The translations under genes and the position numbers were made by a program. From IMG/VR virus record IMGVR_UViG_2751185961_000012, positions 1-21,917 of that record: a DNA stretch of 21,917 bases, one strand, 5' to 3'. The notes beneath the pieces are model-generated. The model did no database searches and had not been told where the DNA came from. It saw only the letters and a list, made by a program, of their open reading frames with translations. Shown in pieces: positions 6,588 through 15,247 of the stretch (position 1 is the stretch's first letter; every line of letters begins with the position of its first letter). This DNA comes from a virus. Its lineage: Duplodnaviria > Heunggongvirae > Uroviricota > Caudoviricetes.

Positions 6588-6959
6588 TCACTCTCCTTTT
6601 CCCTGAAGCATTGCAGCGCGGCAGGCTTTCCAGCCTCTCACCTCTGCAATAGCGGCAACAGCATCAACCGCGTACATGCTAAGAGGATTAGGCATTGGTT
6701 TTTCTTCCGGTACTACTGGAACGGGGGGAGCGGCGTAGACCTCAATAATTCCATTATCAATAGGCCATTCTCCATCCTTGAGATAATCACTTGTGCCGTC
6801 AACTTGCTGTTCTGCAATGTGGAAAGCACCTATTGGTTTTGCTTCCAGCGATGCCAGAGCAATTTCATAAGCCCGGCGCTCAATATTGTCTCTCACGTCC
6901 AGGCTGCCTATGCGCTCTTTGATTTCTTTAATCAGTTCTTTGTCGGTTAAAGTGGTCAT
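6588..6959 (-). CDS. Hypothetical phage protein, 123 aa
   Basis: N-terminus MTTLTDKELIKEI parallels MTTITDKKQY of the adjacent DUF551 protein, suggesting a shared N-terminal module or duplication. Confidence 0.5.
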   Translation of the reverse strand: MTTLTDKELIKEIKERIGSLDVRDNIERRAYEIALASLEAKPIGAFHIAEQQVDGTSDYLKDGEWPIDNGIIEVYAAPPVPVVPEEKPMPNPLSMYAVDAVAAIAEVRGWKACRAAMLQGKGE

Positions 6960-6975
6960 GAGTTAACCCTTAATA

Positions 6976-7018
6976 CTTTAAAAAGGGCGGACATCAGCAA
7001 TCGGCAACTGATGCCGCC
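6976..7018 (-). terminator. Putative intrinsic terminator (long GC-rich hairpin GGCGGCATCAG...CTGATGTCCGCC followed by TTTTT on minus strand)
   Basis: Imperfect 11-12 bp inverted repeat read directly; followed on the minus strand by CTTTTTAAAG; about 100 nt downstream of the 7116..7592 gene. Confidence 0.55.
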
Positions 7019-7115
7019 AATGACTAAACACAGCAAGGTTGTTATTCACAACTGGAAGCGCACGATCAAAGTTAAGTTTGATGACGATATCAAGTTGGCG
7101 GAAAATACGGATGGA

Positions 7116-7592
7116 CTATTGCTCAGTGTCGTTCAATGTCGAGTGAGGACATTCGCCCTGCTCTCGTAACAGAGACAGAAGCATGGACACCCCCTCACGA
7201 TGTGATGATTGATGAGTGTCGATCCCTGAATGATTGATGTTGTTAAACTCATACACCTTGCTCAAGGCAAAAGCCTGAACGATATTCCAGAATACCAATG
7301 GGTCTGTTTTCTGCGAATTATTCACTCTTTCAACAGAATTAATTGATTTGTCGTTTTCTGTTATATTGTGTTTGATGTTTTGTTGTCCTTTATTAAGGCG
7401 GCAATTTTGAATATGTTCCTCGTGCTTTTCATTGTCATAAGCATACATCCCGACAAAAACATCTCGCATGTTACGGGATATATTTTCCAGATTCGCCTTT
7501 GGTTCCTTTGTTAAATTTATCACCGATAAATGGTCTTTAAGCGTATCCGCAGCTATTTTCTGAATATCCTCTGGTAAATCTTTAAATTGCAT
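7116..7592 (-). CDS. Hypothetical protein, 158 aa (AT-rich moron-like gene)
   Basis: Visibly AT-richer than neighbouring genes; followed by its own terminator; no family recognised. Confidence 0.55.
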   Translation of the reverse strand: MQFKDLPEDIQKIAADTLKDHLSVINLTKEPKANLENISRNMRDVFVGMYAYDNEKHEEHIQNCRLNKGQQNIKHNITENDKSINSVERVNNSQKTDPLVFWNIVQAFALSKVYEFNNINHSGIDTHQSSHREGVSMLLSLLREQGECPHSTLNDTEQ

Positions 7593-7668
7593 AGTATACC
7601 CTCCAAGAACTGTGTATTTTCTCGTGAAATATGAGCGATATGTCGTGACGTCCCTGTCACAGATTTCA

Positions 7669-8490
7669 TCACACTGAGAACGTGCCGATGAAGGTTAAGA
7701 TATCTTCTTCTTCGAAACGCTCTTTCAGCAGGTCACGGAACTCTTTGGCAATTTCTTCTTCCGCAGCTTCAACACGCACGATACGTAGCACCAGAACAGG
7801 TTGTTCGCTTGTCAGAATGCTTAATCGCAGCGTGAATTCCCTGTTGCCCAGGCCCTCGTATGGGATGCATTCAAAGCGGAAAGTGGCAGGCATGATTTCT
7901 TTGCTTTTAGCCTCAACGGACTCCATGACTGAGCGGCTACCGCTGAAGTTTTGCTCTTCATATTCAGCACTGCGTTTTGCGTCGATGGTAAGACGACGGA
8001 CAGCAGAGATCGCCTGTTTGATATCCAGCACATTACCGTCGCTGTCATAGGCTGTGAGGAAGTCGGCCCAGTCTTCCAGCCATTCAGCGAGAGATTTCTG
8101 GAGTTGTTTTTTGCCGTCCACGTCACGTAATGCGCGATATGGTGATGTGGCTTTCAGTTCCAGCAGTGCCTTGTTGTCAGCGTGTCCAGGTTGCTCCAGA
8201 GTGCCGATATTGAACACAGTGACTGCTTTCATCGTTTCCGCGTTAATGAAGCAGCGGGAGCACTCATCGGCATACCCTTTGCTGTATTCAACAAAGTCAT
8301 CAATACTGGTTGTGGTCATGACTCCACGGAAACGAAAACGTTCTGTCATGAATCGTTCCAGACTTTCGATATTTACATTGTCCGGCAATAACGCAACAGG
8401 GCATTCCGTAAGCGGCAAATTTTCACCAGAAAAAGCAGTAGTGGTGAGTTTTACAATTTCTTTAATGGCATTGCTATCTAACTGAGACAT
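7669..8490 (-). CDS. YfdQ-like (DUF2303-type) prophage protein, 273 aa
   Basis: Size and position (next to the recombination module) and general resemblance to YfdQ-family prophage proteins; family recalled, not verified. Confidence 0.5.
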   Translation of the reverse strand: MSQLDSNAIKEIVKLTTTAFSGENLPLTECPVALLPDNVNIESLERFMTERFRFRGVMTTTSIDDFVEYSKGYADECSRCFINAETMKAVTVFNIGTLEQPGHADNKALLELKATSPYRALRDVDGKKQLQKSLAEWLEDWADFLTAYDSDGNVLDIKQAISAVRRLTIDAKRSAEYEEQNFSGSRSVMESVEAKSKEIMPATFRFECIPYEGLGNREFTLRLSILTSEQPVLVLRIVRVEAAEEEIAKEFRDLLKERFEEEDILTFIGTFSV

Positions 8491-8553
8491 GTATATTTAC
8501 CTTTAATTTATGTATTTAGGGATAATGCGCGAGCGTTTTAAGGCGGGGATTAT

Positions 8554-8901
8554 TCAGCGTAAAACAGCGTCATGTTGGCCCTGTTTATCAAAAAGCTGTC
8601 CCTGGTCTTTCTGGAACAAAGTAAGCTCACCACCTTTATTTACAAACATTGGTGTGTTAGTCGTATCTTCTTCTGATTTACTACCACGCATTGTCGGGCG
8701 TGTGAATTTTAGTTTATGGGAAACTGATACGCGATTTTCATCAAGTGAAGATAATTCGAATTCAACACATACCTTTCCTTTTTTGTTTGTGCTGTTTACG
8801 CCAAAGGCAACTTCACTTAATACCGCACCAAGTTTGTTAACAAATACCCCGCCGTCGAGGTCGTTAATGAAAACATTAACATCAGTTTGATGCTGGTTCA
8901 T
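8554..8901 (-). CDS. Hypothetical phage protein, 115 aa
   Basis: Clean ORF in the leftward operon; no family recognised. Confidence 0.5.
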   Translation of the reverse strand: MNQHQTDVNVFINDLDGGVFVNKLGAVLSEVAFGVNSTNKKGKVCVEFELSSLDENRVSVSHKLKFTRPTMRGSKSEEDTTNTPMFVNKGGELTLFQKDQGQLFDKQGQHDAVLR

Positions 8902-8975
8902 ATTAATATCTCCGTGTAGAGGTGTGTTAAGGCTTCAGTTGTTCACTGCATTTAAAGCCTGGTTTTGTTTGTGAA

Positions 8976-9563
8976 TTAAAAATTATCGCCACCGTACTGC
9001 CAGTAACCCGGGTCGTCCGTGTGATTCGGGTTTGCGTTTTTGCTGCGATTGTCTTTGTCTTTGAGAGTGGAAACCATATTTGCTACCGTTTCTGGTTTCT
9101 TTCCTTCAGCTTTTTCTTTCAGTGTCTGCCCTGTTTCTGCAATGAATGGAATGCGGATTTCCATCTGGTAACTGTCTGCGCCAGTCTTTCTGTTTGTGGT
9201 TAATACTTTCTGGAGCACTAACCCGATTTTCTTTCCGTGAAACTCAGGTGCAACATATTTACTGACGGAAACCATATGTTGCGTTAACTGCCCAATTCCT
9301 GTGCATCCCATCATGGCGTGAATAATGCTCGCCCCAAATTTATTTTCAGTGCCGTCATTCTTCTGAACACAAACACTGAGATATTGGATTTTCCGTCCGT
9401 CGTCGGATTCTCCAGAAAACTCAATGAATCGGGCACCTTTTTCTGATTGCTTGAGTTCTGCTTCGGTGATGTTAATGATATGCGCACCCGTTTCGGTAAT
9501 AAAACCACCTTGTCCGGCGGTTAGTGCTGATTCTTCATTGTAAGTAAAAATTACATCATCCAT
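8976..9563 (-). CDS. Hypothetical phage protein, 195 aa, translationally coupled to exo
   Basis: Start overlaps the exo stop by 8 nt; Gly/Lys-rich; function unknown (single-strand-binding-like role is speculative). Confidence 0.55.
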   Translation of the reverse strand: MDDVIFTYNEESALTAGQGGFITETGAHIINITEAELKQSEKGARFIEFSGESDDGRKIQYLSVCVQKNDGTENKFGASIIHAMMGCTGIGQLTQHMVSVSKYVAPEFHGKKIGLVLQKVLTTNRKTGADSYQMEIRIPFIAETGQTLKEKAEGKKPETVANMVSTLKDKDNRSKNANPNHTDDPGYWQYGGDNF

Positions 9564-10254
9564 TAGTTATTAACCCCCCCCATTGTTCTCCAAATACAAA
9601 ACCAATTTCCGCCAGTGCTTCGTCCATTTTGTCGATGAACTCCGGCACCATCTCATCAAAACTCGCCATGTACTTTTCATCCCGCTCGACCACGACATAA
9701 TGCAGGCCTTCACGCTTCATACGTGGGTCGTAGTTGGCGAAGTACCAGGCGTCCTTGTCTGTAACCCACATGCTGAATTGCACCTGGGCCATGTAAGCAG
9801 GCTTGATAGCGTCAAAGCCGCCAAGCCGGAACTTCATGAAGTCGCGGGAAGTGAAGGGGCATTTAAGCTCAAGACCGTTACCGTCGCTGCATAAACCGTC
9901 GGGAGAGCAGGCGGTGCGCATGCTTTCGTCACGAAAAATTATTGGCGTTTCCGCGACGGTAACATCCGCGATAAATTCGAAGAGGGCACGGGCATCATCT
10001 TCGTATTGCTTTCCCCATGCGAGCGACTTAGCGTTAACTTCCGGTGCCACGCCAGTACAAACTTCAGCCAGCAGGGTGTGGAAGTATGACATTTTTGTAT
10101 CAGGCCATTTGCTGCCTGAACGTGGTTTGGCTATGACGTTGTGAACTTCTGAAGCAGTGATAACACCGAGTCTCAGCTTGTGCCATCCATCATCGCCCTG
10201 GTCGAGGCTGGTAATATCCACGCCAGTTCGCTGGAGAATAATTTCTGGTGTCAT
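9556..10254 (-). CDS. exo: Lambda-type 5'-3' exonuclease (Red-alpha / YqaJ family)
   Basis: 232-aa protein near-collinear with lambda Exo as recalled ([11 protein letters not shown] ... [28 protein letters not shown] ... [20 protein letters not shown] ... [10 protein letters not shown]); ATGA coupling with the upstream recombinase gene. Confidence 0.9.
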   Translation of the reverse strand: MTPEIILQRTGVDITSLDQGDDGWHKLRLGVITASEVHNVIAKPRSGSKWPDTKMSYFHTLLAEVCTGVAPEVNAKSLAWGKQYEDDARALFEFIADVTVAETPIIFRDESMRTACSPDGLCSDGNGLELKCPFTSRDFMKFRLGGFDAIKPAYMAQVQFSMWVTDKDAWYFANYDPRMKREGLHYVVVERDEKYMASFDEMVPEFIDKMDEALAEIGFVFGEQWGGLITNG

Positions 10255-11201
10255 GACACGGCCTCGCTGTTATTTTCCGTGGTGGCGTGAACTTTCGCTT
10301 CCGCCGTGGCCTTGTTTCTGGCAGCTTTCTTTTTGACAAAATCAAGCGTTTTGACAGCTTCTTCCTGAGAGAGAGCTTCATGTGATGCAATCGTGCGACG
10401 GAATGTTTTGGAACATACGGGAAGCAGGTCATCCCATGTCTTGTTAATTTCGGTGATTGCCTGAGTGATCTCATTGATAATCTCATCTGATGCGGGAGTG
10501 ACGTCACGCTCAGGGATGTGATCAGCATTCAGGATGATACCTTCACCGGCCTGAGTGTTCAGGTAGTCGATAGCTGTATCCAGGCGATCGCGACGGGGCC
10601 AGTATTTGCTGGCGCGCTTAACAATGGCTTTTCTGGCCATTTCATCGGGGAAACTATCCCACGGGCTACTTCCTCCGTTATTTCCGGCTTTGCTGCACGC
10701 CCTGATGACCTCGATTTCCCTGTTGCTCATCTCTTCGGTCAGATAGTCGCCTTCGGATGTTTTTACGACACAATAACCGCCAATGCGTGCGCCCCTGTCT
10801 ACGAATGGGTTGTATTTGTGCGTGGGGGCGCAGTCAATACCGTTGGACTCGTAAATGTCCTTCTCGTAAACAAGTTTGCATTGCCCCCACTGAATGGCTC
10901 CTGTGACCTGTGCCAGATGCAGAAGCCCCATATAACTGATATCCAGGCATACAGCCTTTTTTCGTGGGACCAGATACGCCAGCTTGCTGGCCGGGTTCAG
11001 GGTTATGCCGATGGCGGCAACATTGATGATAGCGTTCTGTGCGCTGGGCAGATTTGCCCGTGCTGTGTCAGCCAGAAAGGCATTTTTCTGGAATTGCTGA
11101 ATTGCAAACTGACTTTCCTTCGCCCATGTCAGCGTCGGTTCAGTTAATGCCTCGCAGAAAAAGCGCTCCTGCTGCTTAACAAATTCAACGATATCGAACA
11201 T
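10251..11201 (-). CDS. RecT-family single-strand annealing recombinase with lambda Bet-like C-terminal tail
   Basis: Core matches RecT blocks ([37 protein letters not shown]...PW...[16 protein letters not shown]); C-terminal tail ([11 protein letters not shown]...[17 protein letters not shown]...[17 protein letters not shown]) resembles the lambda Bet C-terminus; start set at the ATG with AGGA Shine-Dalgarno (MFDIVEF). Confidence 0.85.
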   Translation of the reverse strand: MFDIVEFVKQQERFFCEALTEPTLTWAKESQFAIQQFQKNAFLADTARANLPSAQNAIINVAAIGITLNPASKLAYLVPRKKAVCLDISYMGLLHLAQVTGAIQWGQCKLVYEKDIYESNGIDCAPTHKYNPFVDRGARIGGYCVVKTSEGDYLTEEMSNREIEVIRACSKAGNNGGSSPWDSFPDEMARKAIVKRASKYWPRRDRLDTAIDYLNTQAGEGIILNADHIPERDVTPASDEIINEITQAITEINKTWDDLLPVCSKTFRRTIASHEALSQEEAVKTLDFVKKKAARNKATAEAKVHATTENNSEAVS

Positions 11202-11217
11202 TTTTTGGTCCTGAAAA

Positions 11218-11499
11218 TCAGAAAGGACAGGGGGAGAATTTTCTCTCCCATTCTTCTTCCGCCCGAGCATAGGCGATCGCTGAGATATAATCGTTGTACG
11301 CCTCTTCAGCTTTTTCGCCAGTGAGTGCCAGTTGGGCTTCTTTGGGTAAAAAAAGGCTGCTCATAAGCAATGGTTTATCGGGGAACATGCTGATAAGCTC
11401 CTGCGCCCGATCGTCAATCCATTTATCCTTTTCATCCTGAATGTGCTGATTAACCCAGCGACGCTCCTCTATTCGGTCACAGGTGAGGTATGCGTTCAT
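11218..11499 (-). CDS. Gam-like host-nuclease inhibitor (divergent), 93 aa
   Basis: N-terminus MNAYLTCDRIEERRW parallels the lambda GamS start MNAYYIQDRLEAQSW; located immediately upstream of the recombinase, as gam is in lambda. Confidence 0.5.
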   Translation of the reverse strand: MNAYLTCDRIEERRWVNQHIQDEKDKWIDDRAQELISMFPDKPLLMSSLFLPKEAQLALTGEKAEEAYNDYISAIAYARAEEEWERKFSPCPF

Positions 11500-11519
11500 G
11501 GCGGAACTCCTGATTTCGG

Positions 11520-11801
11520 TTAATGCATTAAATTAATTTGTCGGGAAAGCTGACATACAGGGCAGTTACATTCTTCCTCCTGCTCCTTAGCGAAGAAATA
11601 TGCAGCGGCCTGTAATGCGATGTCTTCTGGATGTTCTGCGATAAACATAACATTGCCTTCCGTATCAATAACAGAAATAGCCTCATCAGACAGGACGACA
11701 AAATAGGCGATGATTTTATCATCCATAAAAACTTCTCCCATTATCGTTCCTGCTGGAGTTACGACGCTTTTTACATTGATATTTATTTTTTGATTGAGCA
11801 T
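11520..11801 (-). CDS. Hypothetical phage protein, 93 aa
   Basis: ORF in the kil/cIII-equivalent position; C-terminal CxxC (CNCPVC); no family recognised. Confidence 0.5.
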   Translation of the reverse strand: MLNQKININVKSVVTPAGTIMGEVFMDDKIIAYFVVLSDEAISVIDTEGNVMFIAEHPEDIALQAAAYFFAKEQEEECNCPVCQLSRQINLMH

Positions 11802-11812
11802 GATATTTCCTT

Positions 11813-12025
11813 TCAGGCTGGTGAGATTAACGGTTGGCCTTTATTGTTCAGGTAAACTTCTATTGCATCTGAGATAATGCGAATTTTTTCAATCAGTGAA
11901 TGTGCGTAAAGTGCATTATTAACGTTCGCTGACGCCATGTAATAACGCCCGTTGTAAAGAATTGCTGTGCCGGGTTTAACGTCCTCGCGAGAAACTAATG
12001 CGGTTCCGTAGTGAGGTTTGAGCAT
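11813..12025 (-). CDS. Hypothetical phage protein, 70 aa
   Basis: Small ORF in the leftward operon; no family recognised. Confidence 0.4.
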   Translation of the reverse strand: MLKPHYGTALVSREDVKPGTAILYNGRYYMASANVNNALYAHSLIEKIRIISDAIEVYLNNKGQPLISPA

Positions 12026-12095
12026 GACAAATCCTCCGGTTAATTAATCCAGATATTTAATTTAATCCCCGATATGTGGTCGGGGATGGGGTTAA

Positions 12096-12734
12096 TTAAA
12101 GATTAACGTTGAAACCAAAGCGGGAAGACTTTTCCGATGTGCGGGAAATATCCAGCAATTTACGGCGCATTTCTTCCGTCAGATGCTTGAAGGCGTTAAA
12201 TTCGGCGACAGCGGCGTCAACGTTATAGCCTTTGCTGTGTAGCTCGTTGAGGATGCGCATAGTTGGGCTTGGCATATCGAAGAGCACGGAAGCATCAAGG
12301 CTGATAACCTTGCGATCAACATAGTTCATCGTGGCGTAGGGATGGTTATCTGAGAACCACGAGAGAGGGTAGTTGATGTTCATTGGTGCAGGTAAAAGGC
12401 TCTGGCGAAGTTTCTTTTCGCACTCGATGAAGTATCGGCGTATCTGGCGGCCTTTTTCGTTACGTTCAACCATCGCAAGCTCTTTGGCTGTATCGAGAGT
12501 GAGGTGGTAGTCCTTGCGGTTGTGACCGCCTCTACCTTTTCTTTGCTCCCCCGTTTTGGGGAGCAAAATAAAATCTTGGTTTTCTGTAAATTCATACTCG
12601 GAGATGCGGATTCGTATCCACGTGGAAAAGTCTTTTCCGACTTCGAGAAACGCGTGTAAATCACGGGCATTACAGAACAGGGTAGTTTCGTTGTCGATAG
12701 TGCCGTTGAATACGGGGATGAGTTGAGAGTTCAT
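12096..12734 (-). CDS. Phage antirepressor, AntA-type N-terminal domain plus shared C-terminal domain
   Basis: N-terminal block LIPVFNG...ARDLHAFLEVGKDFSTWIRIRISEYEFTENQDF...YHLTLDTAKELAMVERNEKGRQIRRYFIECEK matches the AntA antirepressor domain; C-terminal 95 aa duplicated at 2600..3112. Confidence 0.75.
   Translation of the reverse strand: MNSQLIPVFNGTIDNETTLFCNARDLHAFLEVGKDFSTWIRIRISEYEFTENQDFILLPKTGEQRKGRGGHNRKDYHLTLDTAKELAMVERNEKGRQIRRYFIECEKKLRQSLLPAPMNINYPLSWFSDNHPYATMNYVDRKVISLDASVLFDMPSPTMRILNELHSKGYNVDAAVAEFNAFKHLTEEMRRKLLDISRTSEKSSRFGFNVNL
12162..12386. repeat. Dispersed direct repeat copy B (partner of 2666..2882)
   Basis: See copy A; same orientation, about 9.5 kb apart. Confidence 0.8.
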
Positions 12735-13000
12735 ATTTTATGTCCTTTGCATTTGTTCAGATAGCCCTGTGTTCAGCAGGGCGGCCAGGTACTTGAACAC
12801 CGTGCAAAGTCGGCCCGTATCCTTAACCTTTCGGCTGTTTTTCGGTATACGCGCTACCCGACCATATCTGAAAAATGGACATAAAAAAGCCGCATGACTG
12901 ACGGGTGCGGTCTCCGCTTTGCAAGGTGTGTTCAGCACCATGAGGTGGAATATATCCCCGTCGATGTGGATTTGTCAAGGTTGCTTTGGCAGAAACATGT

Positions 13001-13552
13001 TTACAGCTTTATTCCGCATGCAGTGATAAATTTATTAACAGCACCAGTGGAGCCTAATACATTAAAGCTGAAAGAATATGTCATGGCATCTTCTCGTGTG
13101 ATGTCTTGGCGTCGAATCCCGACCCTCACTCTATGTTTAGCATCTCTGAGTTGCCTGAGTATAATTTTAATTTTCTTCATTTCAGTATCAGTACGTTCAG
13201 TGATAGCTTGTGTTAGCATTGAGTTTCTTCTTGAAAGTGTTGCGTTGAGCCTTATTATACTATTTTTGTCAATTTTTATTGCCATATCTATTGGGAATGA
13301 ATAAATTGGGGCCGATGTTTCTTCTTCTATGTCCTTTTCGACTAATGAGAATGTTAGGGATCTTGGCGTACAATTAAGAGCAATCATGTTATTATCAATC
13401 TCTTCAGGATTTGATGTTTTTTTTCCTACCATCAGCGCCGTGTGACCATCAGAGAACAAATCGTCGTCTGTTACTGTATACCACTCCGCCTGTACTATTG
13501 GTGAAAACAAAATTGTAGCGATAAGAGTTGTCCTGAGTATTTTTCGCATCAT
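13001..13552 (-). CDS. Secreted or periplasmic hypothetical protein with N-terminal signal peptide, 183 aa
   Basis: Classical signal peptide (MMRKILRTTLIATILFSPIVQA then EW); AT-rich gene at the promoter-proximal end of the leftward operon. Confidence 0.6.
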   Translation of the reverse strand: MMRKILRTTLIATILFSPIVQAEWYTVTDDDLFSDGHTALMVGKKTSNPEEIDNNMIALNCTPRSLTFSLVEKDIEEETSAPIYSFPIDMAIKIDKNSIIRLNATLSRRNSMLTQAITERTDTEMKKIKIILRQLRDAKHRVRVGIRRQDITREDAMTYSFSFNVLGSTGAVNKFITACGIKL

Positions 13553-14306
13553 TAAGTTTCCCGTTCAGTTCGACCGACATCCTTCATGAAGTGCTTACAT
13601 AGTCTATTTGATAGCACTACCTACGCGGTAGTATAAAGAAGTCAGTTGAAAACTTGAACATTGTGTTGAAAAAATAACTTTGTGCGGCATAGGTAATCGT
13701 AGAATGATTGTGATTGGTCTTATGGTATCCAATCATTACTTTTGCTACAGGGTTGGGACGGCATCGCTATTTCACGCAACGCTTTGGTGGCACTCTCAGC
13801 ACCCCAAAACATTCCCTGTATTGGTCAGCGCCAACTTCCTGCCAGTGTTGCCCGTTCTCACGCCGTTCTCGCTCTCGCGCGGGGATACTCTCTCATCGAC
13901 CGGATCGCACCCGATGATACAGCACGTTTACGTGTAGGGGTCTAAACAGGTCATTGACGCTGTAAAGCTCCAGATTGTTAAAGAGCATTTTGCGGCGGGT
14001 TAAGTCGCGCCGTACGACTGATTTATGTAGCCCTGTGTAAGGGCGCGATGTTTCTGGCTTGAAATAAATATAACTTGCGGTGATTTTTGTGTAAATACCG
14101 TTGGTGGTTATTGGGGTCAAAAAAATATTACTTAACTGATTTTTAAAGTGATTTATTTTTCAAGGGGGCGGTTAGCGGAGTGCGGTCAAAGAAAAGCCGG
14201 CGCGGGCCGGTTACTCTGTGTGAGATTTGGCGTGAGGGAAAAGCCCCCGGATAACACCAGGAAAAGCAGCGAACAGTCAAAGAGAACCCAGCGGGCTTGG
14301 TGGCTT

Positions 14307-14335
14307 TTGACAAAAACACTGCCTGTAACTATAAT
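14307..14335 (+). promoter_or_regulatory. Consensus sigma70 promoter (TTGACA - 17 nt - TATAAT) upstream of hicA
   Basis: Exact -35 and -10 hexamers with a 17-nt spacer read directly; about 30 nt upstream of the hicA start. Confidence 0.65.
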
Positions 14336-14364
14336 TAGTTGCAATGTAGCGAAGATGAGATTAT

Positions 14365-14619
14365 GTGGGTATGGGGAAAGCAGATAAGCTACTGGAAAAG
14401 TTTTTAAACAGTAAAAAAACGTTTGAATGGGATGAGCTGGTCGTTTTGTTTTCCTCTCTGGGAGATGTCAAAAAGGAAATGCAGGGCTCAAGAGTGCGGT
14501 TTTTCAATGCTGAAATCAACCACACCATATTAATGCATCGCCCACATCCAGAAAGTTATATTAAAGGTGGAACGCTGAAAGCGATTAAACAGAATCTGAA
14601 AGAGGCTGGGGTATTATGA
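14365..14619 (+). CDS. hicA: HicA-family toxin (mRNA interferase-like)
   Basis: HicA-like C-terminal signature (GSRVRF ... HRPHPESYIKGGTLKAIKQNLKEAGVL); ATGA-type overlap with the downstream hicB; start uncertain (GTG at 14365 or ATG at 14371). Confidence 0.7.
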   Translation: MGMGKADKLLEKFLNSKKTFEWDELVVLFSSLGDVKKEMQGSRVRFFNAEINHTILMHRPHPESYIKGGTLKAIKQNLKEAGVL

Positions 14620-14960
14620 AGCATCTAAAATATAAAGGGTATTTAGGTACAGTAGAACCAGATTTTGAAAATAATATCCTGTACGGAAAACTGGCGTTTA
14701 TTCGAGACCTGGTAACTTATGAGGCTTCTACATTAGCTGAACTGGAACAGGAGTTTAAGACATCGGTTGAGCTGTATTTACAGTCTTGTGTGGAGGATGG
14801 AAAGGAGCCTGATACCCCGTTTAAAGGTGTGTTTAACGTCAGGCTTGATCCAGAACTGCATCGTCGGGTAGCAGAAATTGCGATGGAAGAAGATTTATCA
14901 CTGAACGCCTTTGTTAATAAGGCGCTGGAAAAAGAAGTCAACCATCACACAGGGGCTTAA
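14616..14960 (+). CDS. hicB: HicB-family antitoxin with C-terminal ribbon-helix-helix DNA-binding domain
   Basis: N-terminal HicB-like fold signature (KYKGYLGTVEPDFENNILYGKLAFIRDLVTYEASTLAELEQEFK) and C-terminal RHH (RLDPELHRRVAEIAMEEDLSLNAFVNKALEKEV). Confidence 0.75.
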   Translation: MKHLKYKGYLGTVEPDFENNILYGKLAFIRDLVTYEASTLAELEQEFKTSVELYLQSCVEDGKEPDTPFKGVFNVRLDPELHRRVAEIAMEEDLSLNAFVNKALEKEVNHHTGA

Positions 14961-15045
14961 TGTTCCCTTCGTCTTTGACATCCTCACCGCCACGAAGAAT
15001 GGGGAATTTACGGCGCACTGGTAAATGGTGGGGCGAGCAGGAGGC

Positions 15046-15078
15046 AAACAAAACCCGGCACCAAGGCCGGGTTTTGTT
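15046..15078 (+). terminator. Intrinsic terminator downstream of hicB (AAAACCCGGC-ACCAAG-GCCGGGTTTT), probably bidirectional
   Basis: Perfect 10-bp stem followed by TTTTGTTATT on the plus strand; A-run upstream gives a U-run on the minus strand too; sits between the convergent hicAB and peptidase genes. Confidence 0.65.
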
Positions 15079-15247
15079 ATTGGTGCATTTGGCAGGTTGT
15101 AATATCTGGTCCATAAGCCAAAGTAAAAACAGGCTTGTTGATCAAGCCCCTGTTCTTTAATGATTGAATCATTTTTCCTTGCTCGCTAACTTTTTGCTTG
15201 CTAAGTATTTCTTCCACTTGTTGTGTCAGGGATTTGTCTTTGTTCAT

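Noticed and set aside
12894-13304. Hydrophobic 136-aa plus-strand ORF that looks membrane-protein-like
   Set aside because: It is antisense to the signal-peptide protein gene 13001..13552; its hydrophobicity is the mirror of the AT-rich coding strand; no ribosome-binding site.
13680-14120. Cluster of small ORFs (13680..13937, 13714..13917, 13742..13945 on plus; 13893..14120 on minus)
   Set aside because: Mutually overlapping in all three frames, with TTG/GTG starts and no Shine-Dalgarno; more likely non-coding or regulatory DNA or a decayed gene remnant (see finding) than real genes.
14148-14387. ORF 14148..14387 overlapping the hicA promoter
   Set aside because: It spans the consensus -35/-10 promoter and the hicA start; Arg/Gly-rich low-complexity translation; more likely promoter or leader sequence.
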